Source of the DNA: Octopus sinensis
Lineage: Eukaryota
DNA length: 64,000 nt
Assembly: GCF_006345805.1 (NCBI RefSeq)
Contig: NC_043004.1
Span: 7,192,001 to 7,256,000, forward strand
Reading direction: 5' to 3'
The notes under the pieces: generated by a model
The model's input: only the letters and a program-made list of their open reading frames with translations
Databases searched by the model: none
Told to the model about the DNA's origin: nothing
Part shown: piece after piece, positions 28,078 through 40,567 of the stretch
How the letters are laid out: each line of letters opens with the position of its first letter
Position numbering within the stretch: the stretch's first letter is position 1
Program-made: the position numbers and the translations under genes

Positions 28078-28925
28078 TACAGTGTCCCAAAATTTTTGAC
28101 ATCATTTGAGATGCCCATGTCGGAGTGACTAATTCATCAAGAGAAATGAAACTCAATAGGCTTAATCTTGAACATAAAATGTTTTATTCTACAGATTTCC
28201 AACGACAAATCGTGTGAGAGGATAATTTTATAACGTTTCAAAGTTATCACGGCTCTTTGAGATGGCGCAGAACACATTCACTTTTGGTGAGCCCCTTTCA
28301 CGTTCAGTTGTGTTATGTGGATTTTCTTCGCCCCAAATGCGAATATTTTGCCTGTTCACTTTGTCATTCGTATAGAATGTGGCCTCGTCGCTGAAAACAA
28401 GACAGTTTTCAAAGTCGTCATCTTCAAGTTTCTATTGCATACAATCGCAGAACGTTTTACGCTTTTGCTTGTCAACCGGCTTTAAAGTCTGCACAAGTTG
28501 AAGCTTGTAGGGGGTCAGCCGCAAACGCTTTCTTATGACACGCCAAACAGTTGACTTGGGGTTTCCAGGCTTGCTCTTCGCACAGATTTCTATGGACTCC
28601 GACTCAGCGTTTCTCGAAGTTGGTTCACAATCTCTTCTGAAACTGCTGGCCATCCAGATCCCTTTTTCCGACACAAACAGCCTTCCTCTTGAAACTTTTT
28701 TATGCAACGTCCAAATCTGTTTCCCTGTCGGCGCTTGTTTATGAAATCTTCTAACAAATACACGTTGCACATTCACATTTGACTGAGTTTTGACGTAACT
28801 CAATACACAAAACGCCTTTTCTGTTGCAGTAAACGGCATGTTTAATCCTGAAAAGAAAAACATACGAAAGATCATATTTTAAAAATGTATTGAATTCTTG
28901 ACACACTACTAAAATTTGAGACAAT
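28078..28925 (-). mobile_element. Tc1/mariner-superfamily relic (DUF4817-type HTH N-terminus)
   Basis: ORF 28432..28875 EKAFCVLSY..VQRVFVRRF..STVWRVIRKRLRLTPYKLQLVQ; downstream LVFSDEATF..VNRQNIRIWG; C-terminus deleted. Confidence 0.8.
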
Positions 28926-28941
28926 TTAGACAAAAAGTCTA

Positions 28942-29119
<178 letters not shown>

Positions 29120-29141
29120 CATCTATCTATCTATCTATCTA

Positions 29142-30200
29142 CTGGGTCATCCCATAAATAATGCGTTTTTTATACTTTTATTTTTCAAAATTAAGATAAA
29201 CAAAGTTATTTTTAAATCTAAAATATACTCTCCTTCATTTTCTACAATGCTCTTCCATCTATTTGGTAGACTGGTAAGGCCCCTCTTCCAAAATTCACTT
29301 GTCCGTGACGAAAAATACTCCTCCAGTACTGTTCTGACCTCGTCTACAGAATGCATATTTTTTCCGTCCAAATGATTTTGAAGACTGCAGAATAAATGAT
29401 AATCAAATGGGGCAATGTCCAGCGAATAAACTGCTCCAGCCTTTGGAATGTCATTCTCGCTGTATGTGACCGAGCATTATCCTGATGGAAGGACACCTTT
29501 CGTCTTCAAACCAAAGATGGTCGTTTTTCTTCTAAGCTGCCCAAGCTGCTCGCAGTAGATCTCCTTTGTTATCGTTTGTTTTGGGTTTAAAAGTTCAAAG
29601 TGGACTAAACCCTTCATATGCTACCGAACAGATAACAACAACTTAAGTGGGTGGAGACCTTCTTTAGCCTGGGGTGCCGGTGTTTCTCCTTTCCCTACCC
29701 ACGGTCTTCGGCACTTGACATTTTTATAGAGAACCCATTTCCAATCACCACTCACTATTCGGTCCAAAAAATGTTTATTCGTGAGACGTGACAGCAAAGA
29801 AGAGCACACATTCACTCTCTGCGCGCAATTAGACTCGGAAAGTTTGTGAGGAGCCCATTGACCCAATTTGCTGACCTTTCCGATGGCATGCAGGTGTTGA
29901 ATGGTTGACTGACCAAATCCAAGCTTCTCTGCTAGTTCCTCAACAGTTACGATGGGATTTTGTTCCATCAGGATTTACAGGACATCCTTGTCGAGCTCTA
30001 CAAATCTTCCAGGACGGGGCTCGTCTTCTAGGCTGTTGTTTCCGGTTTACACTTATTGTCCGATCCCCATATACTGCATTAATATTCCTCACACTTTCCG
30101 TTGCGTCGTTGCCTTTATTGATCTCATAAAGCAAAATATGCCGAATACGCTCCTTTGTCACTTCCATTATAGCTTTGACAAAAATAACTGTTAAAATCTA
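29142..30200 (-). mobile_element. Mariner transposon, degenerate
   Basis: MEVTKERIRHILLYE..INAVYGD; WAPHKL; DRIVSGDWKW; [18 protein letters not shown]; TA plus TIR at 29140. Confidence 0.88.
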
Positions 30201-30980
30201 AAATCTTTAAAAAATCCTGGTAGGTGTCAAGTAAGCACTCAGTGTAAAGGAATTAGGTTAAATTCCTAACAAGAAGATACCAGGAAATATATGTAGAATA
30301 CAAATCCCAGGTAAATCCTCAAGTATTACAGGTAAATCCAACAATCCGTATGCAGAATTTTAAGATATTCAGAGTATTAACAACAATCAATAATATGTAC
30401 GAAGAAAATCATAGCTTTATTTTAGATCACAGCTTAAAAATCCAACAACTGTTTCAATTGCATTGATATATACATATGTAAGTGAATAAATATTCGAAAG
30501 TATTTATATAGATATTGTTATTGATTATTATCATTAGTAAAACGAATAATAACAATAATATAGGTGGTCAACAAGCAAAAGCCGATAAATGGCTAATCGA
30601 ACATTTTATAATTAATTTATAATTGTAATAGGGCAGATGCGTGCCAGCATTGTTGTGAAAATTAGAGTTTAAAAAATCCTAAGATTTTTCAACTCAGATT
30701 TTCGCAACAATGCAGGCACCGCGTGTGCCCTATTATAATCATACATACATACATACATACATACATACATACATACATACATGCATACATGCATACATAC
30801 ATACATACATATATACACACATATTTATATATACTAGATATTATTAAAATTAATAATATGTACGAAAATTTATATCAACACAATTGGTTTTAATAATATT
30901 ATGTATATATATATGTATGTGTGTATATGAATATATATATATATGTGTGTGTGTGTGTGCGCGTGTGTGTGTGTGTATGT

Positions 30981-31218
30981 ACAATTGCAGCGTGGAAAGT
31001 GTTTATAAGTCATTTAAGAAACACACAAAAACTGTTAGATTCACTTCAACATTTAAATTTAATTTGTCAAAATATTTTCGTCGCTTTTGTCAGTGAACAG
31101 GTCGCAGTCTCAAAGCGACGAAAATATTTTGACAAATTTAATTTAAATGTTGAAGTGAATCTAACGGTTTTTATATGTTTCTTAAATGGCTTATAAACAC
31201 CTTCCACGCTGCAATTGT
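30981..31218. repeat. Fold-back palindrome (~107-bp arms) of a Penelope-type terminal repeat
   Basis: 30981-31087 is the reverse complement of 31112-31218; an unfolded copy of the same repeat lies at 46170-46370. Confidence 0.9.
31086..31136 (+). ncRNA. Hammerhead-like motif with G3-C8 swapped core
   Basis: UUUGUCA GUGAACA G GUCGC agucucaaa GCGAC GAAA AUAU U U UGACAAA. Confidence 0.6.
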
Positions 31219-31443
31219 TTTCGTTCCAACAGATTTTTCGTTCTCAGATCAGGTCTCTTGCTATGCAAGTATTCTCCGTGATATATATATGTATATAAAA
31301 AATAACTTTTCAGGAACGACAGTGGTTTATTGACGTACAAGGAAGTAAATTTTTTCCCATATCGAAATTCGATAAGTTGAAAAAAGTTAATTTATATCCC
31401 ACAGTTAGCAGCTGGGGTTGCCATGTGTGCAAATAAAAATCAA

Positions 31444-31825
31444 AATTTAGGAAATGGAGTAGATAAAATCGCAGGTAGCATATGTTTCATAGCTAGTAGA
31501 ACCTCGGAAGTAATAATTACCCAAACGAGGGCTCCTCCGTTAGCTATTCATCAGGCTAAAGATAGCTTAGTCAAATGACGGTTATACTGATGTCAAGGGA
31601 TCGCATGTTAACTCGCAGGAGAATTGATCGAAAAAACCCCCAATCTCTTGCGAGGTAACACGGGATGGATCCCTTGACGGCAATCTAGCTTTCATTTGAC
31701 TAAGGTATCTTTGGCCTGACGAGTAACTAGCAGAGTACTCCTCGTTTGGGTAATTACTACTTCCGAGTTTCTGCATGCTTAGAAACATATGCAACCTGAA
31801 TTTTATCTATTCCATTCCCTAAAGT

Positions 31826-31826
<1 letters not shown>
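31444..31826. repeat. Diverged inverted repeat (~135-bp arms)
   Basis: 31444-31578 versus 31692-31826 reverse complementary; followed by (TA)n. Confidence 0.8.
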
Positions 31827-31878
<52 letters not shown>

Positions 31879-31946
31879 CTAATGTAGGATAAAATTTTAT
31901 CAATGGCCAGCATATCAAAAAATACCTTTAAAGGTTAAATTTATAA

Positions 31947-32337
31947 ATAACTTATAAAATAAGGGCAAAAGAAAAATTCTAATGCCAAATATGCCGAAAA
32001 AAAAAAGACAAAATTGTCAATAACCATTATAATTTATGCGTCTCGAAACATGCCGATAGAAATTTCTAAAAAATCCCGTTATTACCGTATTGGTCCCAAT
32101 TTTTCCATGGGTATGAGTAAGTATTTCATTTATGTCTTACGTATTTATCGCTGACGAGGGGAAAATTCTTATGAATTAACCCCGAAATTGGGACCAATAT
32201 GGTAATAACGGATTTTTAAAGAAATTTCTATCGGCATGTTTCGAGACGCATAAATTATAATGGTTATTGACAATTTTGTCTTTTTTTCGGCATATTTGGC
32301 ATTAGAATTTTTCTTTTGCCCTTATTTTATAAGTTAT
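31947..32337. repeat. Fold-back inverted repeat (~155-bp arms)
   Basis: 31947-32102 versus 32185-32337 near-perfect reverse complement; TA-rich microsatellites on both sides. Confidence 0.92.
32145..32205 (+). ncRNA. Type I hammerhead ribozyme with canonical core
   Basis: UUAUCG CUGACGA GGGG..AAUUC uuau GAAUU..CCCC GAAA UUGG ga CCAA U A UGGUAA. Confidence 0.8.
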
Positions 32338-32412
32338 ATATACATATATAAATATATGTAAATGAATATATATATATATATATCTGTAGCGAGGGAGAGA
32401 GAGAGAGAGAGA

Positions 32413-32493
<81 letters not shown>

Positions 32494-33284
32494 TAATAAA
32501 CACACACACTAACATATTCTTATTATAGTCTATAAAGACTCTGCCATTGCACGTGCTAGGCACGTATGTCGGATCAATTTGTTATCATTTTGGCAGGATT
32601 TGTTCACTTTTGTTTTTAGATCTTGTATCCCATTTCCGTGCTAAGATTGATAGCTTTGAAGCAAGAGAAGTACCATCAGGGTTTCTTATTACAATTCGGG
32701 TACGCGCGCACACACACGCATACACATGCACACATACGCACACAAACATGCACATTCCTACGCATTAATAAGTAGACACACACGCAAATGCACGCATGTT
32801 TCTGCCTCTCGCCCACATCGACAGAACAATAGCTTCGGTTTGCAAGCCGATGAGGTAGTTCTCATGTGGATGCGTGGCTTGCTAGAAATAGTAACCAAAT
32901 GTCACTGAGGCCATATCCTATCGCTCTAAAAGACGAAAGACATTAAATAGTTTCTGGATGCACTATACTGCTGTAAGAAAGGGAATGGTTACAACTTCTC
33001 CTCAGAGTTGAATTTCTGCTAACCAGCAGTAGCAGCAGCAGCATTTCACTGAATGGTGTACTTGTATTCTCCAATGTTGTTGTTTCCATGTAAACATGTG
33101 AAAATTCTGCGTAAACAAGGAAACGGTGGCGATTCAAATTTTGCAAATAGAATCATAAGCCTTCACCGCATATTGACTATAGAAAATAGTCAAATATTAG
33201 GTTATATAAAATTCCGTAATGGAAAAAAAAATGGGCAATGCCTTAATATTAGCCTATTTTCCATAGTCAATATACGGTGAAAGA

Positions 33285-33495
33285 TGGCGGCGAGCTGGCA
33301 GAATAATTAACACGTCGGATAAAATGCTTAGCGATGATTCGTCGGTTTTTACGTTATGAGTTCTAATTCCGCCGAGGTCGGTTTTGCTTTCATCGTTTCA
33401 AGATCGATGAAATAAATATCGGTTGAGCACTGGAATCAATGTAATCGACTTTCACCCTCCCCTAAACTAACTGGCCTTGCACCAAAATTCAAAAC
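33285..33495 (+). mobile_element. Diverged SINE, family A
   Basis: GGCGGCGAGCTGGCAGAA head and CCGCCGAGGTCG body. Confidence 0.75.
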
Positions 33496-33741
33496 CAATT
33501 TACGGCGAAGGCATGAAGTTCTATTTACAAAATTTGTTTATGTTACTGTTGTCAGCATTGATCAAATAAACGTAGTATTAATGACATTCCAGCTCTGGCC
33601 ATCACATCTTTTAATTTCAGTAATTAAAATCTTTGAGTTGCTTTCCCCTCCCTAACTTTTGACCAGAATTAGTTTTTTTGGGAAAGTGATTGTTTCCATA
33701 ACTAAGGGTGTAATTTAACCCCCGCCCTGCCCTGCACTCGT

Positions 33742-34026
33742 GAAGGCGCATGGATTAGTTGTTAGGGTGTTTGGTTTAGGGCACGTAGTGTTTGTGTCCT
33801 TGAGTAAGACACATTATTTCACGTTCCTCTGGCAAAAATGAGTGTTACTTGTATGTCATATGGCCAACTTTGTCACATTCTGTGTCATCTTGAATCTCCC
33901 CAAGAACTACGTTAAGGGTATACGTGTCTGTGGAGTGCTCAGCCACTTGCACGTTAATTTCACGAGCAGTCTATTCCGTTGATCGGATCATCTGGAACCG
34001 TTGTCGTCGTAACCGACGGAGTGCCA
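33742..34026 (+). mobile_element. Diverged tRNA-derived SINE
   Basis: GAAGGCGCATGG head similar to 27622. Confidence 0.65.
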
Positions 34027-34176
34027 CTAAATAGAGACCCCCCCCTTCATTTGAAGAGTCCATACTTATTAAAAAGACTAAAACATTCAACTAATAAAAT
34101 AAATATAAATAATCATCTCTTGATAAACTGTAAAATATTTCTATTCTCTTTTTACAGTCTTAAAAAAAACCCAGCA

Positions 34177-34252
34177 ATGCCTATGTTACTTATGCTTGGT
34201 TTTCTGACCATGGTATTCGGATTACTGCCTCAAGCGACAGAAATAACGAAAG
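34177..34252 (+). CDS. Putative first coding exon of a host secreted protein (signal peptide)
   Basis: Acceptor CTCTTTTTACAG ends 34157; ATG 34177; MPMLLMLGFLTMVFGLLPQATEITK; donor AG|GTGAGT at 34253; phase 1. Confidence 0.6.
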
Positions 34253-34349
34253 GTGAGTTTAATCAAATGTTTCTCTTTTCCTTGTTTCCCTGTTGATAAA
34301 TAAAAACTGTTGATTGAAAACTGGTTTTCTTTTAACGCTCTGTCAATAA

Positions 34350-34840
34350 TTAAAATTTTATTTACATAAACATCGAATCACCATGTAATTACTAGGAAAC
34401 AAAGAAAAAGAAAAAAAAGGGGGGGAATTAAGCAGCAGAGAATGGGGGGAGGGAGCAACGGGTTGTATACCCCAGAACGAATGGCATGTTTAGCCGCACC
34501 CTGCTGTCATTACCGCAATAGTGTTACCGCGGAGAATGGCCAGCGAAACACCCTGCAGCAGCCACCCTAACTCCCGGCGATCATTTCTCAAGACGGCCGC
34601 GATTATTCCAATTTTGCGGAGGAAATCGGCAGTTCGGGTCCCAGAACACCCGAAGTTCCGGCAGCGACCGGAACAAATCAACAACGGTCGGTCAGGCTCC
34701 TGTATTTATTTATTTATTTATTTATTTATTTTCTCTTCTCTGCGTTACGGGCGGCGACACCCGGGTTTGCGGTCGATGTAGCAACGTTGGAGCCAGAGAA
34801 CGTGTCACAACACGTTACGTCCCAGATTAGGGATCTGCTT
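34350..34840 (-). mobile_element. 3' fragment of a CRE/NeSL-like RLE non-LTR retrotransposon
   Basis: ORF 34490..34684 ends FLRKIG..LQGVSLAILRGNTIAV, resembling the CRE C-terminal QRLSIAIQRGNA motif. Confidence 0.6.
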
Positions 34841-35050
34841 CCCTCGTAATTTCGTTCTTGTGGGAATTTGTTCATCACTTAACCCACACAAACACTCGTA
34901 CGCTTGCTTTTTAGCATATCAGGCAAGAAAAGTTTCAAATGAGTGGCACTGTAAGATATCGATTCAGGAAAATTATCAAACAAAACGCCGACCAATAACA
35001 AAAAGGTCCCAAATTCAACACAAAACTGATCATTATTATAAACTAAAATA

Positions 35051-35505
35051 AGGCGGCGTGCTGACTGAATCATTAACACGCCGGGCGAAATGCTTAGCCG
35101 TATTTCATCTACCGCTACGTTCTGAGTTCAAATTCTGCCGGGGTCGACATTGCCTTTCATCTTTTCGGGGTCGATTAAATAAGTTCCAGTTACACACTGG
35201 GGTCGATATAATCGACTTAATCCCTTTGCCTGTCCTTGTTTGTTCCCTCTATGTTTAGCCCCATGTGGGCAATAAAGAAATAATTTAAAGGCGGTGTGCT
35301 AGCAGAATCGTTAGTACGCCGGACGAAATGCTTAGGGGCATTTCGCCTGTCTTTATGTTCTGAGTTCAAATTCCGCCGAGGTCGACTTTGCCTTTCATCC
35401 TTTCGGGGTTGATAAATTAGGTACCAGTTGCGTACTGGGGTCAATGTAATCGACTAGCCACCTCCCCACCAAATTTTGAAGGCCTTGTGCCTCGAGTAGA
35501 AATAA
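35051..35505 (+). mobile_element. Two tandem family A SINEs
   Basis: Heads at ~35052 and ~35290; bodies match the 1-925 unit. Confidence 0.8.
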
Positions 35506-35599
35506 TTATTATAAACTAAAATTGTAAATTATACAAACAAGTATTTTTTTTACTTAAACGATTTATGTTTATATTTGTTGTAGAATGTCTTAATTTTTA

Positions 35600-35850
35600 T
35601 CTTTTACTTGTTTCAATCACTGGACTGTGGCCATTCTGGGGCACCGCCTTGGGTTTAGTCAAACAAATCGAAAACAGTAGTTATTTTTTTAAAGCATGGT
35701 ACTTTTTCTATTGTTTTTTTTTCTGCCGAAACCGCTAAGTCACTAGGACGTAAACAAACCAACTCTGGTTGTCAAGTAATACTATCACAAATACACACGT
35801 ACACATATATGACGAGCTTCCTCATAGCTCTGTCCACCAAATTCAATTCT
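35600..35850 (-). mobile_element. Diverged family C SINE fragment
   Basis: Similar to 5055-5310. Confidence 0.65.
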
Positions 35851-35899
35851 TCGTAATGTTTTTTTCTAAGCCGCTATAGTTTGGCTGCTTTGCTAAAAC

Positions 35900-36750
35900 T
35901 CTCTTCAGTAATTCTTACAAGTGACATATTTAGTTTTCCATACAACTTAATAATGTATATGTTTTACCGTCTTAAATCCTTCATTAAATCCAATTTCTAA
36001 AGACCCATCATTTCTATAAAAGAAACTTATCTGTCTCTTCAGTATGTAACCACTTAGTGACACACCTCTTCCTTCCACTCGCACGGTTTTCATAATTTTT
36101 GTTCTATTGAACGTTTATATTTAAGCTCACACCTTTGTCAGTATCTTCAATCTTGCATATCATCCTTTGTATTTTTGATGTTTAATAAAAATAATAATAA
36201 TAGTTTATTGGAATAACAAACAAAAGAGGTGACAGAAAACCATCCTACCGCATTCTACTCTTAAAAGAAATTCATTTAAAAGTTGACCGTCCCCGATGTA
36301 TTGCACCTTAGATTGGTATGCTTTACCAACAAACTATTGTTAAACTATGTGCCTTGTCAAAAGATTTTTAAAGTCTGCAAAGCCAGTATGAAAGGCTGTG
36401 TGAATTTAACATACTGCTGTAAAATGTGTCTGAGCAAAAACATAATCTCACGGTCGCTGGAAGCTTGTTTGTTCGTATTAGCATAATTACCAATACAATC
36501 TGTATTCTATTCAGTACCATTAAACTGAACATTTGAACACTATTATTTAAGGTTATAACCCTCCAATTGTCGCAGTCTTTGAGATCCTCGTTTTTGGTAT
36601 CCTAGTTACTTCGCCGACCCTCCAATCTTCAGGTGTCTGTTCAATTTACCATATGTTATAAAAAGAGCTTCAATAATGCTCATGTAATCATCTTATTCGG
36701 TTTTAGCATTTCTGACTGTATTTCCATCTAAAAGAGAATCCTTTCTGGTT
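35900..36750 (-). pseudogene. Highly decayed RTE-like RT relic
   Basis: Minus-strand fragments LRHILQQY, DFKNLLT, FLSPLLF and GYILKR resemble RTE RT motifs. Confidence 0.45.
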
Positions 36751-36819
36751 TGTAATTTCTGTATTTGTCTTTGTTGCTTCTTCAACGATTATTTTAGATT
36801 TAATGTTAAAAAAAAAATG

Positions 36820-37229
36820 TTCAAGGCCAACATTACCCAAACGACCTGAACATTAGTTTCAAGGTTCATTTAAGGCTGGGACCACGGGCCATACGTCTCC
36901 TGCCCAATTCAGGATCACAGCATATAGGTACACTGCAACATAATTTCTTTTCCTCAACAGGCCCTGCCCTGTTTAACATTGTCCCAAAAGAGATCAAAGA
37001 GGAAAAAGATCCCATCACCTTTAAACGGAGTCTGGACAGATTTCTTCAAGGAATACCGGATAAACCACCCATACCTGGATACAACTCACTCCACAACAAC
37101 TCACTACTTGAATGGACCATAAACAAAACTTGACTTACACAGGATTTAGATAATCCTATCAGGTGGCGCTATTAAGTCAGAAATGGCCTGGGCCAGTCTT
37201 TGGTCGAAACACATCTAAGTTTATCTAAG
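36820..37229 (+). mobile_element. CR1/L2-group LINE 3' end
   Basis: HNFFSSTGPALFNIVPKEIKE..FKRSLDRFLQGIPDKP..GY..NSLLEW; short tandem tail ATCTAAG(TTT)ATCTAAG. Confidence 0.75.
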
Positions 37230-37548
37230 GTATACTGGCGTTCTCTATAACTCAAAAATGTTCCCGTCGGATCGTAATGGAGTGGAAAAGAATATCATTA
37301 ATATGGAGTTCATAAATATGAAGTAAATATCTAGGGAGGAAAACATATTTACAAATAGGGTCCCATGATGAAACCTAAATTATTTTAAGAGAACTTCTTA
37401 ACTCTAAATTATCTAAGTTTTTTAAAAACTGTATGAACTATAAAATTGTACAAATTTCGAAGCTTTTTTTTCTCCCTACAGTTTTCTCTTCTTTCCTTAT
37501 TCCTCCTAGTATCAAGTAAGCTGTGGATGAGTGATTTTCCTTTGGTAT

Positions 37549-38836
37549 AGTTTATAACGTGGTTTCTGTATATATCACCTTAGTGTCGTGCAGTAATACA
37601 GTGTGATATATAGCAATGGGGGAACGGGGTAACACCAATTGTCTCCATTTGGTGTATTCCCAAATACTCTGCCAACAACTGTAACCAATCAAAAACAACT
37701 CTTAACGAGCTATAACAACTTCTCAACAATTTCCTGCGACTCCATGAACTCACGAACGGCACCTTTCGACTTCCTCTCACGTTCTCAGTCAAAACACGCT
37801 GCTACTTATACGAGTTCGGCTAGTCCATTTTCACAGGGGGTTTCATGATTCTCGCCATAACAGTATAAAACAGTACCAGTAATCTATATATATAAAACTG
37901 TAGTTGTGTGAGTGTCTGTCTCCTACGATTTAGATTCCTAACTCCTCCCACATTTTGCGGTGCAGTTTAACCAAATTCGGGTATCTTATAGTCGTGATTA
38001 ATATCGAGCCCGTCTGGCTATTAGCGCGCGTCTACGATGAGTCTACGATTTTAAAAATATTTTAACATCATTTTTTATTCCATTTTAATGCATAATTTTT
38101 CGTGTGTCGATGGCGGCGGAGTTGGCGTCCAGCGTTCTTTTAGAACAACGACTTCATGGCTTGAAGACACCAAAACAGAAATGGCTAAGAAAGCCCGAAT
38201 TGGCATCTATAAAGGAAGTAACTCTCTAAAAATGCTTATATAGTTATTTCCCTTACAAACCCGAGCAACGCCGGGCGATACTGCTAGTAAAATATAAAAC
38301 CAAAAGACAATTTTTTTCTCAGTCACAGACTCCGAAATCGAAATTTGCAAGCGGAGCTAATCAGAGTTGAGTATGTAATGGGGTTCAATGTGCATTATCA
38401 TAACCCAAGTAATTTTTCTCACAAACTGTGGAAATGTTTTGCTTATACGTAATCTTTGTGGAAAATAAGAATTGGACAAAATAGGGAACAGAAAAAAATG
38501 GAGTCGAAATACACGTCTAAAATAGCCATTAGTATTGTATTTCACGGTTCTCAACCGCTCGGAAAAGCAAACTTTTCTATGCGTATATTTCTAAAGCATT
38601 CTCAATGATGATCATAATCTCTTAGTTTCCTTACATCGGGATTCTTATCCTCATCTTGATCCTTTTGCTGGTTTTGTCTCTTTTGAATAACATACTAATA
38701 CATCCAATACTTTATCATTCAGAGCAAACACTGAAAACAAATGTCATTAAATTTATTGATTTCTTACAATAGCATCAAGGCTATTGTATTACTGCACGAC
38801 ACTATGGTGACATATACAGAAACCACGTTATAAACT
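37549..38836. mobile_element. Non-autonomous TIR element (~52-bp TIRs) carrying a Helitron insertion
   Basis: 37549-37600 is the reverse complement of 38785-38836 with 2 mismatches. Confidence 0.75.
37883..38287 (+). mobile_element. Non-autonomous Helitron (405 bp)
   Basis: A|TCTATATATATAAAACTG ... CCCGAGCAACGCCGGG hairpin ... CTAG|T; A^T target with no TSD. Confidence 0.88.
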
Positions 38837-38988
38837 GAGGGGCAATGCCGTTGAGATTCTATGACGCTCATACAGTTCTCAAAGATAGCAGTGTAGTTAA
38901 CTTACTACAAATCAGAAACATAGTAGATGCTTACGTCTGTCTACTCTGGAGCGGTTTTCTTTCAGTTAAACATTATTATTGTAATGTA

Positions 38989-40263
38989 CTGGGCTGGCAA
39001 CTAAGTTCCCACCCGTTTTTTTAAATTTTGGAATTTATTGCGTTTTTAAACTTTGGAATCTATTTTTTTCGAGAATTCTATTTTTGAATCATTTTGGAAT
39101 CTATTTTGTTTTTTTTCTAGTTAATTTTTGTTTATTTTCAGATCATTAAAATAGAAGTTAAGAAAAACGAGCATTTTTGACACCTCCTTTTTGTTTTTTA
39201 TCAAGTTTCTAAGGCCGCAAAAGCTGCTCGCGACATTTGTGCTGTGTATGGAGAGGGTGCAATAGCTGAAAGAACCGCTTGTGATTGGTATGCCAAGTTC
39301 AAAAATAGAAATTTTGACCTCAAAGACGCACCTCGTTCTGGCCGTCCAGTTAAGTTTGATGAAGAGCGATTAAACCAACTTTTGCACGAAAATTCTCGTC
39401 AAACGACAAGGGAACTGGCAGAGAAAATGGAAAGTTCCCACACTGCTAGAGAAGCATCTTCACTCAATGGGAAAGGTTCAGAAGTATGGAGCATGGGTTC
39501 AGCATGCTTTAAGTGACAACAACAAAAATCAACGATCCACAATCTCCGCTGGTTTGCTTGCTCGTCACCGCTCAACTCATGGACACAAGCAACGATTTCT
39601 TTACCGAATCATTACTGGCGACGAAAAATGTTGCCTGTACATCAATATGAAGCAGCGTAAGGAATGTATTAGCCCCGGTAAACAAGCGACACCGCGCGTG
39701 AAACAAGATCTTCATCCACGTAAAACGATGTTGTGCGTACAGTGGGACTGGGAAGGGATTATCCATTACGAATTGCTTGAATGGAACCAAACGGTCATCG
39801 CGGAACTTTATGTTCAACAGATGGAACGACTCAACACGGCTATTCAAGAGAAAATACCTAATCGGCAGCATTGAGTTCTTCTGCTGCACGACAACGCCCG
39901 CTCTCATATCGCCAATATGACCAAGGACGCCATTCAAACGCATGGCTGGGAAGTTCTGCCACACCCGCCGTACTCTCCTGATTTGGCACCAACGGATTTC
40001 CACCTCTTTCGATCTCTTTCAAATGCTATGCGCGGAGTTTCGTTCAATACTGATGCAGAATTGAGAGCTTGGTTGGATCAATTTTTCGAGTCGAAATCGG
40101 GTGATTTCTACCAACGAAGTATTGAAAATATTGTTGAACGTTGGGAAAAAGTTGTAAACAACAAGGGTGAATACATTATTGATTAATTAGTTGTTCTTTT
40201 TTTATTAAACCTTTAAAAAATTAAAAATTTTAAAAAACGGCGGGAACTTAGTTGCCAACCCAA
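38989..40263 (+). mobile_element. Full-length mariner (DD34D), inactivated by frameshift and stop
   Basis: TA-flanked ~33-bp TIRs; DAPRSGRP, WVQHAL, ITGDEK, HDNAR, HPPYSPDLAPTDFHLF. Confidence 0.95.
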
Positions 40264-40525
40264 TATACTGTTTATATTAGTCGGACTGGCGTTCTCATCT
40301 TGATTGTTATTTTCGTTTTGTTTCGGCTGTTGTATGCTCCAGTCTTTTTCAGGGGGTTTGTGTTAAAATCGGTTGTTGAAAAAAGAAAGAAAAGAAGGGG
40401 TTAGAAAAAGAATGTATTTACACATCTTGATATATGTGAGTACATATAATTCTTTCCAATTTTTGGCACAAGGCCAGCAATTTTGACGAGAAGGGCAAGT
40501 CGGTTACACCGATTTCAACACAAGA

Positions 40526-40567
40526 CACCCGAAGAAGGCTGGAGCGTACGACAGTTGAAACGTAGTG
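40526..40567 (+). ncRNA. Degenerate minimal hammerhead motif
   Basis: CAC CCGAAGA A GGCUG..CAGUU GAAA CG U A GUG. Confidence 0.55.

Noticed and set aside
39572-40003. 143-aa minus-strand ORF
   Set aside because: Antisense shadow of the mariner transposase.
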